Shown here: positions 27,176 through 36,600 of the stretch, in pieces
Layout of the letters: the number at the start of each line of letters is the position of its first letter
Position numbering within the stretch: position 1 is the stretch's first letter
Source of the DNA: Deltaproteobacteria bacterium
GTDB lineage: Bacteria > Myxococcota_A > Polyangia > Polyangiales > JADZFZ01
Assembly: GCA_020854145.1 (NCBI GenBank)
Contig: JADZFZ010001118.1
Span: 14,067-78,066, forward strand
Length of the DNA stretch: 64,000 bases
Reading direction: 5' to 3'
Made by a program: the position numbers and the translations under genes
The notes under the pieces: model-generated
The model's input: the letters and a program-made list of their open reading frames with translations, nothing else
Told to the model about the DNA's origin: nothing
Databases searched by the model: none

Positions 27176-28336
27176 TCAGTTCCCCTTCTGCGCGTCGTAG
27201 CGCGCTGCGCGCTCGCGGATCGCATCGGCGCGAACCTGTTCGATCGATGGCTCGGCGTCGCGCTGCCCGACTCCCTCGGAGCCGGCATCGAACGTCACCG
27301 ATCGAGCGTGGTGGCGATGAGCGCGGACGCTGGCCTCGTACGCGCCGACCAGGAAGTCACCGCTCTTGCCGTCGAGCTTCGCCTCCGGATCGACTGCGAG
27401 GATCACCTGACGGCGTACCTCGTCGTCGGAGAGAGCATCGAACGTCGGTTCCTTGCCCGTGTCGTCGGGCCCGATGACCCGGGCTGCGTCCCGCTCGAGC
27501 TGCACGCGCGCACGCACGCGGCCGTCGAATCGCTTCGGGTCGCTCGCCTCAGCGAGCGCGGCCTCGGCCTTGTCGGCGCGCGCCTTTTCCGCGGCCGCCG
27601 TGCCCTCGGCCTTGTCGGCGCGGGCCGTGGCGCCGTCCGCCCTCTTCGTCTGCTCGTCCAGGTCCGCGAGCACACGCTCGATGAGCGGTGCGACGGACAC
27701 GGCGAGCTCGACGTCGACACCGTCCACGCGGACGGCCTTCGTCTTGTCGCTCATGTCGATCTCCTTGCCGTCGCGGTGCGCGGCCGGTTGCTCGATCGCG
27801 TCTCTCGCGTCGAGATGCATTCGGACCTCGGGTCCAGCGCGTCCCCACTCGCGCGGCCCGACCGCGACGTGGTTGTGGACGATGCCGCGCTGGATCGCGT
27901 CGTACTCCTCACCGTCGGCCGTCACGCCTGGCGTCGGATCGACGGTGCACGTGTAGCCACACGACACCTCAACGCGGTCACCGCGGAGGACCGCTGCACG
28001 CGTCGTCTCGGCGTGAATGACCAGGCTCGCCGCGACGTACTTCTCATCCCGGCGTGGATTCTCCACGTGCCCGACCGCGTACTGCTTCCAGTTAGTCGGC
28101 GAGACGAGCTCGTCGGGGTGGAGGTCGGTCACCGACACGCCACGAAGCGACTTCACCGCATCGTCCGCGAAGACCTCTTCGGGCAGTCGCAGCTCGCGCA
28201 CCTTCGAGTTGTCACCGCGCGTGTAGGTGAAGACACCCGTGCGCGTCAGGAACGCAGGGACGCGGATCCCCCCGTCCGCCATCGTCTCGACCTTGCCCGT
28301 CGAGCCGCGGTCGTAGCGGTTCACCCGCTCGGTCAT
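27176..28336 (-). CDS. Prohead protease/scaffold protein (DUF2213-type)
   Basis: The N-terminal half (GIRVPAFLTRTGVFTYTRGDNSKVRELRLPEEVF...VSCGYTC...HNHVAVGP) fits DUF2213. The C-terminal half is coiled-coil and scaffold-like. Confidence 0.75.
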   Translation of the reverse strand: MTERVNRYDRGSTGKVETMADGGIRVPAFLTRTGVFTYTRGDNSKVRELRLPEEVFADDAVKSLRGVSVTDLHPDELVSPTNWKQYAVGHVENPRRDEKYVAASLVIHAETTRAAVLRGDRVEVSCGYTCTVDPTPGVTADGEEYDAIQRGIVHNHVAVGPREWGRAGPEVRMHLDARDAIEQPAAHRDGKEIDMSDKTKAVRVDGVDVELAVSVAPLIERVLADLDEQTKRADGATARADKAEGTAAAEKARADKAEAALAEASDPKRFDGRVRARVQLERDAARVIGPDDTGKEPTFDALSDDEVRRQVILAVDPEAKLDGKSGDFLVGAYEASVRAHRHHARSVTFDAGSEGVGQRDAEPSIEQVRADAIRERAARYDAQKGN

Positions 28337-28347
28337 GTGTGCTCCTC

Positions 28348-29898
28348 TCAGGGAGTGACCCGGCCAGGCGTGCTGCCGTCGCTGGGCTCCGACGTCCCGG
28401 CGTCGGGTGATTGCGGACGTTCTGCCGCGCCCGTAGGAGCGACGGGCGGCGCGGGCGGATTGCGGGCCACCTCGAGACGCCGTTTCATGTCGAGCTCCCG
28501 GAGCTCGTGCCGAGCGTGGCGATCGATTGTCGTCTCCGGACTCCAGCCGTGATCGGTGAACCGGGACAGCGCGACCTCGTGCGGGGAGAGAATCTGTGCC
28601 TGGACGTACAGGGCATCTCTCTTCGCGATCGCCTCTTGCTCTGCCGCCCTGTCCTTCGGCGTACCCGTCCAGAGCGGGGGAAACGCGATCGACAGGCGCC
28701 GCGGCACACGGCCACCGGTCGGCCCATCTTGGGCGAGCAGGAGAATCGAGATTGCTCGCTTGATCGGTCGGCGCAGCCGTTGCCGTTGGTACTGTCCGAC
28801 GGTGTCGTACCAGACGGTTTGATCGCTCGTACCCGTAGCGTCGAACCCCGTCGGCGATTGACCCATGAGCACAGTCACCGGCATCTCGAATGCCGCCGCG
28901 AGCCGGAGCCAGGTCTTGTCGGCGAGCTTGTCGGCGCCGCTCATCTCCGAGCTGCGGCGCTCGAAGCTCTCATGCTCCTTGTCGACCGCGATGGCCCGAT
29001 TCGACGCCCGATTCTTGTCGAGGAACTCGAGCCGCTTCTGCACGACGGCCTCCTGGCCGCTGCGGATGAGCTCGACGAGGTCTTTCAGGCCGAAGACGCC
29101 CTGCGAGAAGTCGTGCATCAGGTGGCAGATCGATTGCCAGTTTGCGCTGCACGAAACGAGGGTGGCGTACACCCTCACGAGAACCGAGTCGTCCCATCCA
29201 CCGTTCTGCCAGAAGCGGAAACGCGTCGTCGCAGCACCACCGAAGACGACGAGCCTCGACTCGTGAATGACGCCGACCCGACCTTCCTCCTCGGCAATCG
29301 GATGGTGCCAGTAGGTCTCGGCCTGTCCGGCCTTCTGGTGAGGGGCGCGGTACCGCGACCTGACCGTGAACGAGCGCCGGTCATATGCGTGGATCCCGTC
29401 GATCGCGCGGATGCTCGACTCATCGAGCGGTTCGTGTGGATAGCGGCCGTCGTCGCAGTCGAAGTACAGAATCCCGCCGCCGAACAATCGACCCCATCCG
29501 GCACAATCGACGAACTTCGTATCGAGGTCCCACTCGTCGAGGTCCTCGATGATGTCACCGGCGAGCTCCTGTGCCTCCCCCGGATCGTCCTCGCTCTTCG
29601 CCGTGCTCGGGCGCACGACAACGTTGTAACCGAGCTTGAAGGCCTCTTTGACGATGGCGCCGACCCCACGATGCGCGAAGTCGTCCTCGGAGTAGAGCGC
29701 ATCGAGCTGGTAATCGGTGAGATAGAGGCCCGGCGCGAACTCGTGATAGGTCGCCTTGTCCCGAGACGTGCCGAGGCCGGTGACGAGGTTCTGCCAGCCG
29801 TCGCGGCGCGACGGATGCATCGACGCCGCGTAAGCCTCGCCGGGGCGCAGCCGGGCCGCATCCTCGACGAGTCGCAGGCTGGCTCTCGACATGCTCAA
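28348..29898 (-). CDS. Portal protein (DUF1073-type)
   Basis: 516 aa. Translation RRDGWQNLVTGLGTSRDKATY...LDALYSEDDFAHRGVGAIV. Follows terL with a 4-nt overlap. Confidence 0.85.
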   Translation of the reverse strand: MSMSRASLRLVEDAARLRPGEAYAASMHPSRRDGWQNLVTGLGTSRDKATYHEFAPGLYLTDYQLDALYSEDDFAHRGVGAIVKEAFKLGYNVVVRPSTAKSEDDPGEAQELAGDIIEDLDEWDLDTKFVDCAGWGRLFGGGILYFDCDDGRYPHEPLDESSIRAIDGIHAYDRRSFTVRSRYRAPHQKAGQAETYWHHPIAEEEGRVGVIHESRLVVFGGAATTRFRFWQNGGWDDSVLVRVYATLVSCSANWQSICHLMHDFSQGVFGLKDLVELIRSGQEAVVQKRLEFLDKNRASNRAIAVDKEHESFERRSSEMSGADKLADKTWLRLAAAFEMPVTVLMGQSPTGFDATGTSDQTVWYDTVGQYQRQRLRRPIKRAISILLLAQDGPTGGRVPRRLSIAFPPLWTGTPKDRAAEQEAIAKRDALYVQAQILSPHEVALSRFTDHGWSPETTIDRHARHELRELDMKRRLEVARNPPAPPVAPTGAAERPQSPDAGTSEPSDGSTPGRVTP

Positions 29899-31355
29899 CC
29901 TGCTTTCCTACCAGTCAGGCGCTCGACGAACTCGACATAGCGAGAGATGTCCGCCGGCGCGAGCTCGACGATGCCATGACATGCAGAGTCGACGCGGTCG
30001 TCGAGCTTCAGCCGCGGCCAGCCCACATGCTCGTCGATGAAGGCCTGATTCCAGGATCCGCGCAGCAGGTAGCCGTTGCCCGCTTGCCAGATTGCCGACG
30101 ACGAATGGGCGCGGGTGGCCTTGTTTCCATTCTCGACAGCTACGAATCCCGGAACCTTCCGCCGCATCGTCTGCACGCACGCCGCGCCGTTGGCCTGCCG
30201 CTCGACTGCCGACTTGAGAACCTTCGGCCACTTCTGTCGGGCGCGCGCCATTCGCACGAGCGTCTCATCGAATGTCGAGCGGCCCCAATCCACGTCAACG
30301 ACGTAGATGTCCGACTCGATGAGAACGAGAGTGGTGCCGACAACGGGATCCCGCTTGTCCGGATCGTCTTTGTCGCCGAAGTTGCAGTCCCACGCCTGGA
30401 TCCACACCCCCGGCTTGTTGGGCAGCTCATCGACGATCTTGAACCAGGCGCGCTGGAAGACTCCCCCGCTCTTTGCCTGAGGTCTCTGCTGTAGCTGAGC
30501 GGCGACGTTCGCCGGCGTGCGTAGCTTCCGCTTCAGGCGCTCGACAGCCTCTCGATCGAGACGCTCGGGACAGAGCAGCTCATAGGGGTCGCGCCGCCAG
30601 TCCTCGCCCCAGGGCGTCGCGCTGTGCTCCTCCGGGTCGTACTCCATCGGCAGCACGAGCTGCACGGTGTCTTCGTCTTCGATGACGACGCCCGTCAGGT
30701 CCATCTCATGGACGCGCTGTTGGACGATCACCGAAGTGACGTGCGAGGGCTCGCCGCGCGTGCCCCACGTGCCCGACCACGCATCCGCGGTCGCCTCTAG
30801 CGCCTTCTTGGTGACTCCCTTGGTCGCGTCCGCTTCCTTCGGCGGATTGGGGTCGTCAGCGACCTTGAAGTCTGGGTGCCAGCCGGTGACCTGACCGACC
30901 ATGGTCGTTGCGAAGCGCAACCCCCCGGCCGTCGTCGAGTACTCCTGCCCGCTCTCGGTCGTGTCGTGATCCAGCCGCGCAGACCAGCGAGCTCGGTACC
31001 ACTCCGAGCTAACGAGCTTGTGTGTGCGTTTCGAGTCGCGTCGGCTGAGACGCTCGCTGTAACTGCCGAATATCCACTTGGCGGATGGGTCGATCTCGGC
31101 CCAATGCCAGGCCGTCCACGCCCTGCAGATCAGCGACGACTTGCCGAGACCCGGGGGGATGTTGATGACGAGCGTCCGGCCCCGGAGCTCGCCCCGGGAA
31201 GCGGCCTCGAGGTGCCGGCAGATCAGCTCGAGGTGTCGCGCTCCGACGAAGGGCCGACCTTGCTCGATGATCGGCCAACACAGCCGGAGGAACGCGTAGA
31301 GCCCGCCGCGCCGGACCTCGTCGCGGTCGAGCTCGACTTGACTCGGCAGTCGCAC
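29895..31355 (-). CDS. terL: Terminase large subunit
   Basis: 486 aa. Walker A-like VINIPPGLGKSS and a nuclease-type C-terminal half. Position between the terS-like and portal genes. Confidence 0.9.
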   Translation of the reverse strand: MRLPSQVELDRDEVRRGGLYAFLRLCWPIIEQGRPFVGARHLELICRHLEAASRGELRGRTLVINIPPGLGKSSLICRAWTAWHWAEIDPSAKWIFGSYSERLSRRDSKRTHKLVSSEWYRARWSARLDHDTTESGQEYSTTAGGLRFATTMVGQVTGWHPDFKVADDPNPPKEADATKGVTKKALEATADAWSGTWGTRGEPSHVTSVIVQQRVHEMDLTGVVIEDEDTVQLVLPMEYDPEEHSATPWGEDWRRDPYELLCPERLDREAVERLKRKLRTPANVAAQLQQRPQAKSGGVFQRAWFKIVDELPNKPGVWIQAWDCNFGDKDDPDKRDPVVGTTLVLIESDIYVVDVDWGRSTFDETLVRMARARQKWPKVLKSAVERQANGAACVQTMRRKVPGFVAVENGNKATRAHSSSAIWQAGNGYLLRGSWNQAFIDEHVGWPRLKLDDRVDSACHGIVELAPADISRYVEFVERLTGRKAG

Positions 31356-31356
31356 G

Positions 31357-32013
31357 TCACGCCACCTGCGGCTTCGCTATCCGCGCCTTCGCGCAAAGCG
31401 CTCGGAGCGTCGCGGCTTCCTCGTCGGTCAGACGAGAGAGGTCGTACTCGACGTGCGCGTCGGCTATCTCTCGCTCGCGACGCTGGCGCGCGACGTCGGT
31501 CGCCGTCGCTGCGATCTTCTGCAGCTCGTTTGCCGTGTACGCGCCCTCGCGGCCGAGCTCGCGGCGAAGTGTCGTCTCGACGACCTCGAGCAGGTCACCT
31601 GTGCAGACGTCTGCACGCACGCGCGTGGCGTCGTCATTCGCTGCGCTCGCGGAAGTCAGCCCCGCAGACCCGCTCGCTTCGTCGGGGGTACTAACCGTAG
31701 TGGTGGCCCCCCCCGCAGGTCCGCCGTGCAGCGGGATGACGGCCGCCAGCGTCTGTTGCGGGGACCTCGGGCGGCCGTCCTCCGCGTCGATCCTCGCCTG
31801 CCAGCGCCATCGCAGCGACATCCGCTTCAGTGTCGTGATCGAGCGGCCGTCGCGAACGAGCCGCTTCAGCGATCGCGAGCTCGGCGGCAGTGCCGCGTAC
31901 TCCCGAAACGCGTCCCACGCGTCGCCGGGCTCCGACGGATCGCGCGTGGTCACTGGTACCAGCGTCCCTGGTACTGGTACCTGGTACCGGAATCGGCTCG
32001 GTACCAGAAACAC
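31357..32013 (-). CDS. Terminase small subunit-like DNA-binding protein; start uncertain (GTG 32013 or GTG 31953)
   Basis: Lies immediately upstream of terL. HTH-like SLKRLVRDGRSITTLKRMSLRWRWQARI. The first 20 codons of the long form are translated GGTACC repeats. Confidence 0.55.
   Translation of the reverse strand: MFLVPSRFRYQVPVPGTLVPVTTRDPSEPGDAWDAFREYAALPPSSRSLKRLVRDGRSITTLKRMSLRWRWQARIDAEDGRPRSPQQTLAAVIPLHGGPAGGATTTVSTPDEASGSAGLTSASAANDDATRVRADVCTGDLLEVVETTLRRELGREGAYTANELQKIAATATDVARQRREREIADAHVEYDLSRLTDEEAATLRALCAKARIAKPQVA
31601..31616. repeat. Palindrome copy 3: GTGCAGACGTCTGCAC (inside the terS-like gene)
   Basis: Perfect 16-bp palindrome. Translated RADVCT. Confidence 0.95.
31953..32005. 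repeat. Cluster of five GGTAC(C) motifs, including the 10-bp palindrome CTGGTACCAG
   Basis: TGGTACC at 31954, 31975 and 31982; TGGTAC at 31969; GGTACC at 32000. All read directly from the sequence. Confidence 0.95.
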
Positions 32014-32659
32014 GCTTGATCCACGGCACGAGCACTATTCGAGGAAGGCATTTTGATTGTCATGTCGATCACTTCCGACATGCCCCGTGTGCCACTCTAC
32101 CTATCGTGCACCGTGGTCGCTCCCCGCGCGATGGGCCACGCGGGGAGCACGGTATCGATGCAGCGTCTCGCGACAGCGGCACCCGTGCTCTGCATCGGGG
32201 TAACAGCCCGACCGGGCTGGTGCTCGTCCTCAAGGAGCTCGCGTCGATGTCCGATCTCCCGCTCCATGGGAGCTGCCCACCCTGCGGGGCCGACAGTCCG
32301 GACTTTGTAGGTAGCGGCGCCGAGAGTCGCACTCGCAGCCCGAGGGTATGAACCTCAGTGGGGCACTCGCCCCTGCACCGCAGTAGTCCCCAGCGTCGAG
32401 CGGGCCGTGGGATGCACGGACACCGCTCGACGCCAGGAGGGCCGAACCGAACCGCTCACGAAGGAGGTTGCGAGGAGGGCACCGAGCTGACGCCCACGTC
32501 TCGCGAGAATGAGCAGGTGATAGCCCTGTTCCGGGTGCGCGCAACTGGCCCGGACGCGCGGAACCCCGTGGAACCGGGCAATGCCCCGTGGTTCCCCGTG
32601 GTTCGGCGCGGAAATTCGACTGTCAGAGAGCATCGGGGCCCTGTACCGGGCTGCCCGAC
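32014..32659 (-). other. ~650-bp non-coding, hairpin-rich leader between the regulator genes and terS (candidate structured RNA / pac region)
   Basis: No protein-like ORF in any frame. Stems include 32061..32082, 32119..32148 (10 bp), 32156..32197 (8 bp) and 32394..32432 (10+5 bp). Confidence 0.5.
32564..32603. repeat. Three direct CCCCGTGG(A/T)(A/T)C repeats at 20- and 10-bp spacing
   Basis: CCCCGTGG occurs at 32564, 32584 and 32594, just downstream of the 32660..32920 HTH gene. Confidence 0.9.
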
Positions 32660-32920
32660 CTACCGATTCTGCTCGTGGTGCGTCGTCAGCCAGGCCGCCA
32701 GCTCGGTGCTGTAGGCCACGGCCATGCGGCTATCGCCTTCACGATAGACCGGAAGCGGGTGCTTTCGCTTCCTCGATTGCTTCACGCACCACCACTCGGA
32801 ACGCCCGAGGAACGCCGCGATTGCCGGCCAGCCCTTCAGGTCGCGCACGCCGACGTCGCGGCCGACGATGAGCCGCCGAGGTGCGCCGGCGTCCGGCGTG
32901 GGCTGCTCGGGCGCGGCCAT
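32660..32920 (-). CDS. Small HTH DNA-binding protein (86 aa)
   Basis: ATGA overlap with the upstream stop. Translation LKGWPAIAAFLGRSEWWCVKQSRKRKHPLPVYREGDSRMAVAYSTELAAWL (excisionase/MerR-like HTH pattern). Confidence 0.55.
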   Translation of the reverse strand: MAAPEQPTPDAGAPRRLIVGRDVGVRDLKGWPAIAAFLGRSEWWCVKQSRKRKHPLPVYREGDSRMAVAYSTELAAWLTTHHEQNR

Positions 32921-33684
32921 CACTCGCCGTGCTCCCGCAGCTCGTCGGCACGAGCCCGGATTGCCTGCAGCAGCCCCGTTCGCGGGTCTGGCATCGGCAG
33001 CAGGTCGCGCGCGGCGAGCTCGACGACGACGACGCGTCGGCCATGCTCGACGACGGCATGCACGGCGTGCTCTGCGAGGCCGTGCACGGCCGCGAGCTCG
33101 CGCAGCTTCACCACACGTCGATAGCTGCGCTTCGTGACCTCGGGCAGCCCGCAGACGGCCTCGACGAGCAGCTCGACGCACTTCTCGTAGCGCAGTCCCT
33201 GACGGGCTTCGTAGGTCGGCGCGGCCGGTCGGTACGCCTCGAGGAGCGCACGCTCGATGGGTGTGCTGGACATGCCACGCACGAGCGCCGTCTCGGTCCC
33301 GTCGCTCCGGTGCGATCCGCAACCGACGGTACCGCCCTCGAGCGCGGCGAGCTGACGACCGAGCGCGCTCGCAGAGGGGTCGTAGCTCCGACGCGCGGCG
33401 AACGTCAGGAGGGCAGCGTGCAGCGACGGCCACCCACGCTCGACGCCCTGACAGCGCGGCCCCCTCCACTCACCGAGGACCTCGTCGCAGAGCCCCTCGA
33501 GGACCTCGCGCCACAGGGCAGCCTGGCGCGGCGCCAGGGGCTCGTGCAGCGACCGCGGCCACCGCAGATCGTCGGGCTCCGGAAAGCGGTCGCGGGCGCG
33601 CGGAGTGCCGCGCGCCTTCCGCTTCGCCGGCTTCCTGGGCGCCTCGATCCCGAGGACGTCGAGCAGCTCTTCTTGCGTCGGCAT
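32920..33684 (-). CDS. Hypothetical protein (254 aa), possible late-gene regulator
   Basis: ATG 33684 overlaps the primase stop. C-terminal HTH-like RSYRRVVKLRELAAVHGLAEHAVHAVVEHG. Confidence 0.5.
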   Translation of the reverse strand: MPTQEELLDVLGIEAPRKPAKRKARGTPRARDRFPEPDDLRWPRSLHEPLAPRQAALWREVLEGLCDEVLGEWRGPRCQGVERGWPSLHAALLTFAARRSYDPSASALGRQLAALEGGTVGCGSHRSDGTETALVRGMSSTPIERALLEAYRPAAPTYEARQGLRYEKCVELLVEAVCGLPEVTKRSYRRVVKLRELAAVHGLAEHAVHAVVEHGRRVVVVELAARDLLPMPDPRTGLLQAIRARADELREHGE

Positions 33685-36600
33685 CAGCGGCCCTCCTTCG
33701 GTGGCTCGGCGAGCACGGCGAGCACGAGCTCGGCGCGGTGCGTCGCGATGTGTGCGCGCAGCTCGGCGTCGACGACGCCCTCGACGACCAAGCACTTGTC
33801 ACGGTCGCGCACCCAGACGCGGAGCCCGAGCACCCGCAGCTCCTCGAGGAGCACGGCACCGTTGCCGACTTCCTCGGGATCCTCTTCGGCCTCGCCGCGC
33901 CCGAAGAAGTGCTCCCCGCTTTGCGGGGTTGCGGGTGTTTGCGGAGTCTGTTCCCCCTCGCGTGCGCGTGTGTCTATCTCAGTCTGCGCCACTGCCGCTG
34001 GCAGTGGCCCTGATTGAATCTCTCGCGCGTGGGGGTTTGGAGACTCCGCAAGACCCCGCACCCCCGCAATCGTCCCTCCGGTGCCGGCCGCCCTGACGTT
34101 CTCCTCGGTCGCCTCGACGACCTGCCACTGCAGGATCTTCTCGTGGCTCTCGTAGACCGAGGAAAGGACAAGACCGGCAACAACCCGTCCGCGGAGCTTC
34201 TTGAGCGCCTGGCCGACGCGCGTCGAGCTCGGGACCTGGCCACTCTTGAGCCGACACAGCTCCTCGACGCTCTCTCGCAGGCCCGCGAAGTCCGCCGGCG
34301 GCGACCCTTCGGGGAAGAGGACCTCGATGGCGCGCTTCGCGCTGATGGCCGGCTCCTTGAGCCGTTCCTGCAGGCGCGCCCAACCCTCGAAGAGGCGTGC
34401 ATGCGTGGCCCCGCGCGAATCGGCCGAGGCCCGTAGACCTGGGCGCGTCTTGCCAGGGTCGTCGAGACCAGCCCACACAACCGCTTCGCGTACGAGCGCG
34501 CCCCAATCCTCGTACGTGTTCCACCCATCGAGCCCTTGCGACGGGCGTCCAGCGACGTGGTAGCCGCGGAGGATGGTGAGCGCGGCGCAGAGCAGCTCGG
34601 CTCTCTTGGCGCGCACGTAGGGCATCAGGGGGAAGTGCTTGAAGTCCGTGCGCTCCTCGGGTCGCTCCACCTTCGACAGCAGGCGCACGTGGCAGACACG
34701 GCGGTGCATGTCGTCGCTGATCGAGACGTTGTTTCCGGTCGCGTACCAGGTCACGACGAGCGGGCCCGTCCAGCTCGTGTTGCCGCCGAGGACTCGACCC
34801 CCGTACGCGGTTGCCGTGAGGGCGTTCTCGAAGCTGGCGCCCCCCATCGTCGTGTTGACGTTGTCGAGCAGGATCACCCGTTCGCCCGCCATGGCCCACG
34901 AGAGGATCCGCTTGTCCATCTCGTCGTCCTCTTCCGCGAACTTCGAGCGCGCCGGCGGGCGCGCGAGCGCGATGAGACCGACGACGTCGGCGAGCAGGCC
35001 CTTGCCCGTGCCCGGCGTAGTTGCGTCGATGAGGAACAGCGGCGAAGGCCCCCGAAACGCGAATCGTGCGATCGGCGTCAGGACACTGGCGACCCACGCG
35101 GCCAGGTGCGCGGAGCTCTCGAAGATGAAGTCGCACACGACCTCGCAGAGCAGCTCGACGGCCGCGAGGACCTGCGCGCGCGTCGGCGCCTCCGGTACCG
35201 GAGGCATCCGATCGTCGAGCAGGAACAGCCCCGTGGTGGCGTCGTAGCCCTTGGTCGCGAGCACGCTCCCATCGGGGCGCAGCACGGGACACTCGACGAT
35301 CGCCTCGAGGTGCCGGAGGTTGGGCCAGTCTCCGCGCGCCATGATCTCCTGCACGGTCCACTCGGGCACGTGCGCGGCGCGGTCCCATACCTCGCCATCG
35401 CGCGTCATGCGCTCCTCGACGAACCTGGCGACGCTCGAGAGGATCTCGCGCACGCGGGCCTGCGGAGCAGCGACGATCGACGGCGCGTCAGGGTCGCGAA
35501 TGAGCCCGCGCGGGAGCTTGCGGGGCTTGTGGATCGTGACGAGCGCCGAGCCACGCCGAAACAGTGGACGCGCTCTAACGAGCGCGCCGAGGGCTTCTTC
35601 GGTGACTTCGTCCTCTTCCGTTCGCACGACGATGCGGGTGCGTTCATCGGGCGCGGGCCCGTTTCCGTCGCCCGACGAGCTCGGCGGCGGCGCACCAGTG
35701 CCACCGCTCGCGCCCTGGCTGCCCGCTGGCTCGCGACCCTTTCCTGCGCGCGTGCGCAGCGATACGGGAGCGCGACGCGGCTGCTTCATTCCCGCCTCGA
35801 GCGCGCGGCCGAGCAGGTCCTCGAGCTTCTTCGCGGGCCACGCGCCCTGGCGATTCGCAGCGTCGCGCAGCGTCGCCCGCGCTTCCTCGAGATCGATCTC
35901 GTCGCCGGCGACGAGCTGTCCGATCGCGAACGCTTGCTCGTTCACCGTGTCATTGCGCGTTCCCTCATCGGCTCGCACGACGATCGCGAAGGCACGCTCG
36001 AGCGCGCCGCGGCCGTACTTCGTCGTGCGCTCGGACGCCGCTGGCGTGGTGCGAGCTCGCGGTGTGTCGGCGCCGACGCCGACCATCAGATCGTACAGCC
36101 AGCGCGGTAGCTCCGCGATCTCGGCCTCGACCGTCCACGCGTACCGGCCGCCGCTCTTGTGCACCGACGGCGCAACGACGATCTGCCCACCCTGCGCGCG
36201 CGCGTCGAGACCCCGCCCGATCTTGCCGGCGCGATTCTTCACGTGCGGCAGCTCGAGCGCCTCGGGACATCGGAAGATCCGGTGCTCGCCCCCATCGGCG
36301 CGGCCGCTCCGCGAGGTCAGCGTGACCGGCAACGGGCCGTGCGCCGCCTCGAGCGCGGCGAGGCTCTCGCGTCCGGGCGCACCGTCGACGTCGAGCGCCA
36401 CGAGACGCTCGTCGCCGCCCATCGCCATCCCGACGTTGCTGCCTGGCCATCGCGCCCACCACGCGCGGACGGTCTTCCGATCGCGTGACGCGTGCTTCTG
36501 CCACTCCTTGATCCGCGGATGCTTCCCCGCCGCGTCGTGCACCTTCTGATTGCACTGACAGCGCCCGGACGGCACGTTTGCAATCCCAAAGAGCGGCAAC

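Noticed and set aside
32280-32330. RNase P RNA-like motif (minus strand reads CAAAGUCCGGACUGUCGG...CAGGGUGGGCAGC)
   Set aside because: It only superficially resembles the GGAAAGUCCGGGC / CAGGGUGCCAGG core. The other universally conserved RNase P segments (for example ACAGAAxxCCGGCUUA, GGUGAAAxGGUGCGGUAAGAGCGCACC) are not present. A host RNase P gene inside a prophage late leader is also implausible.
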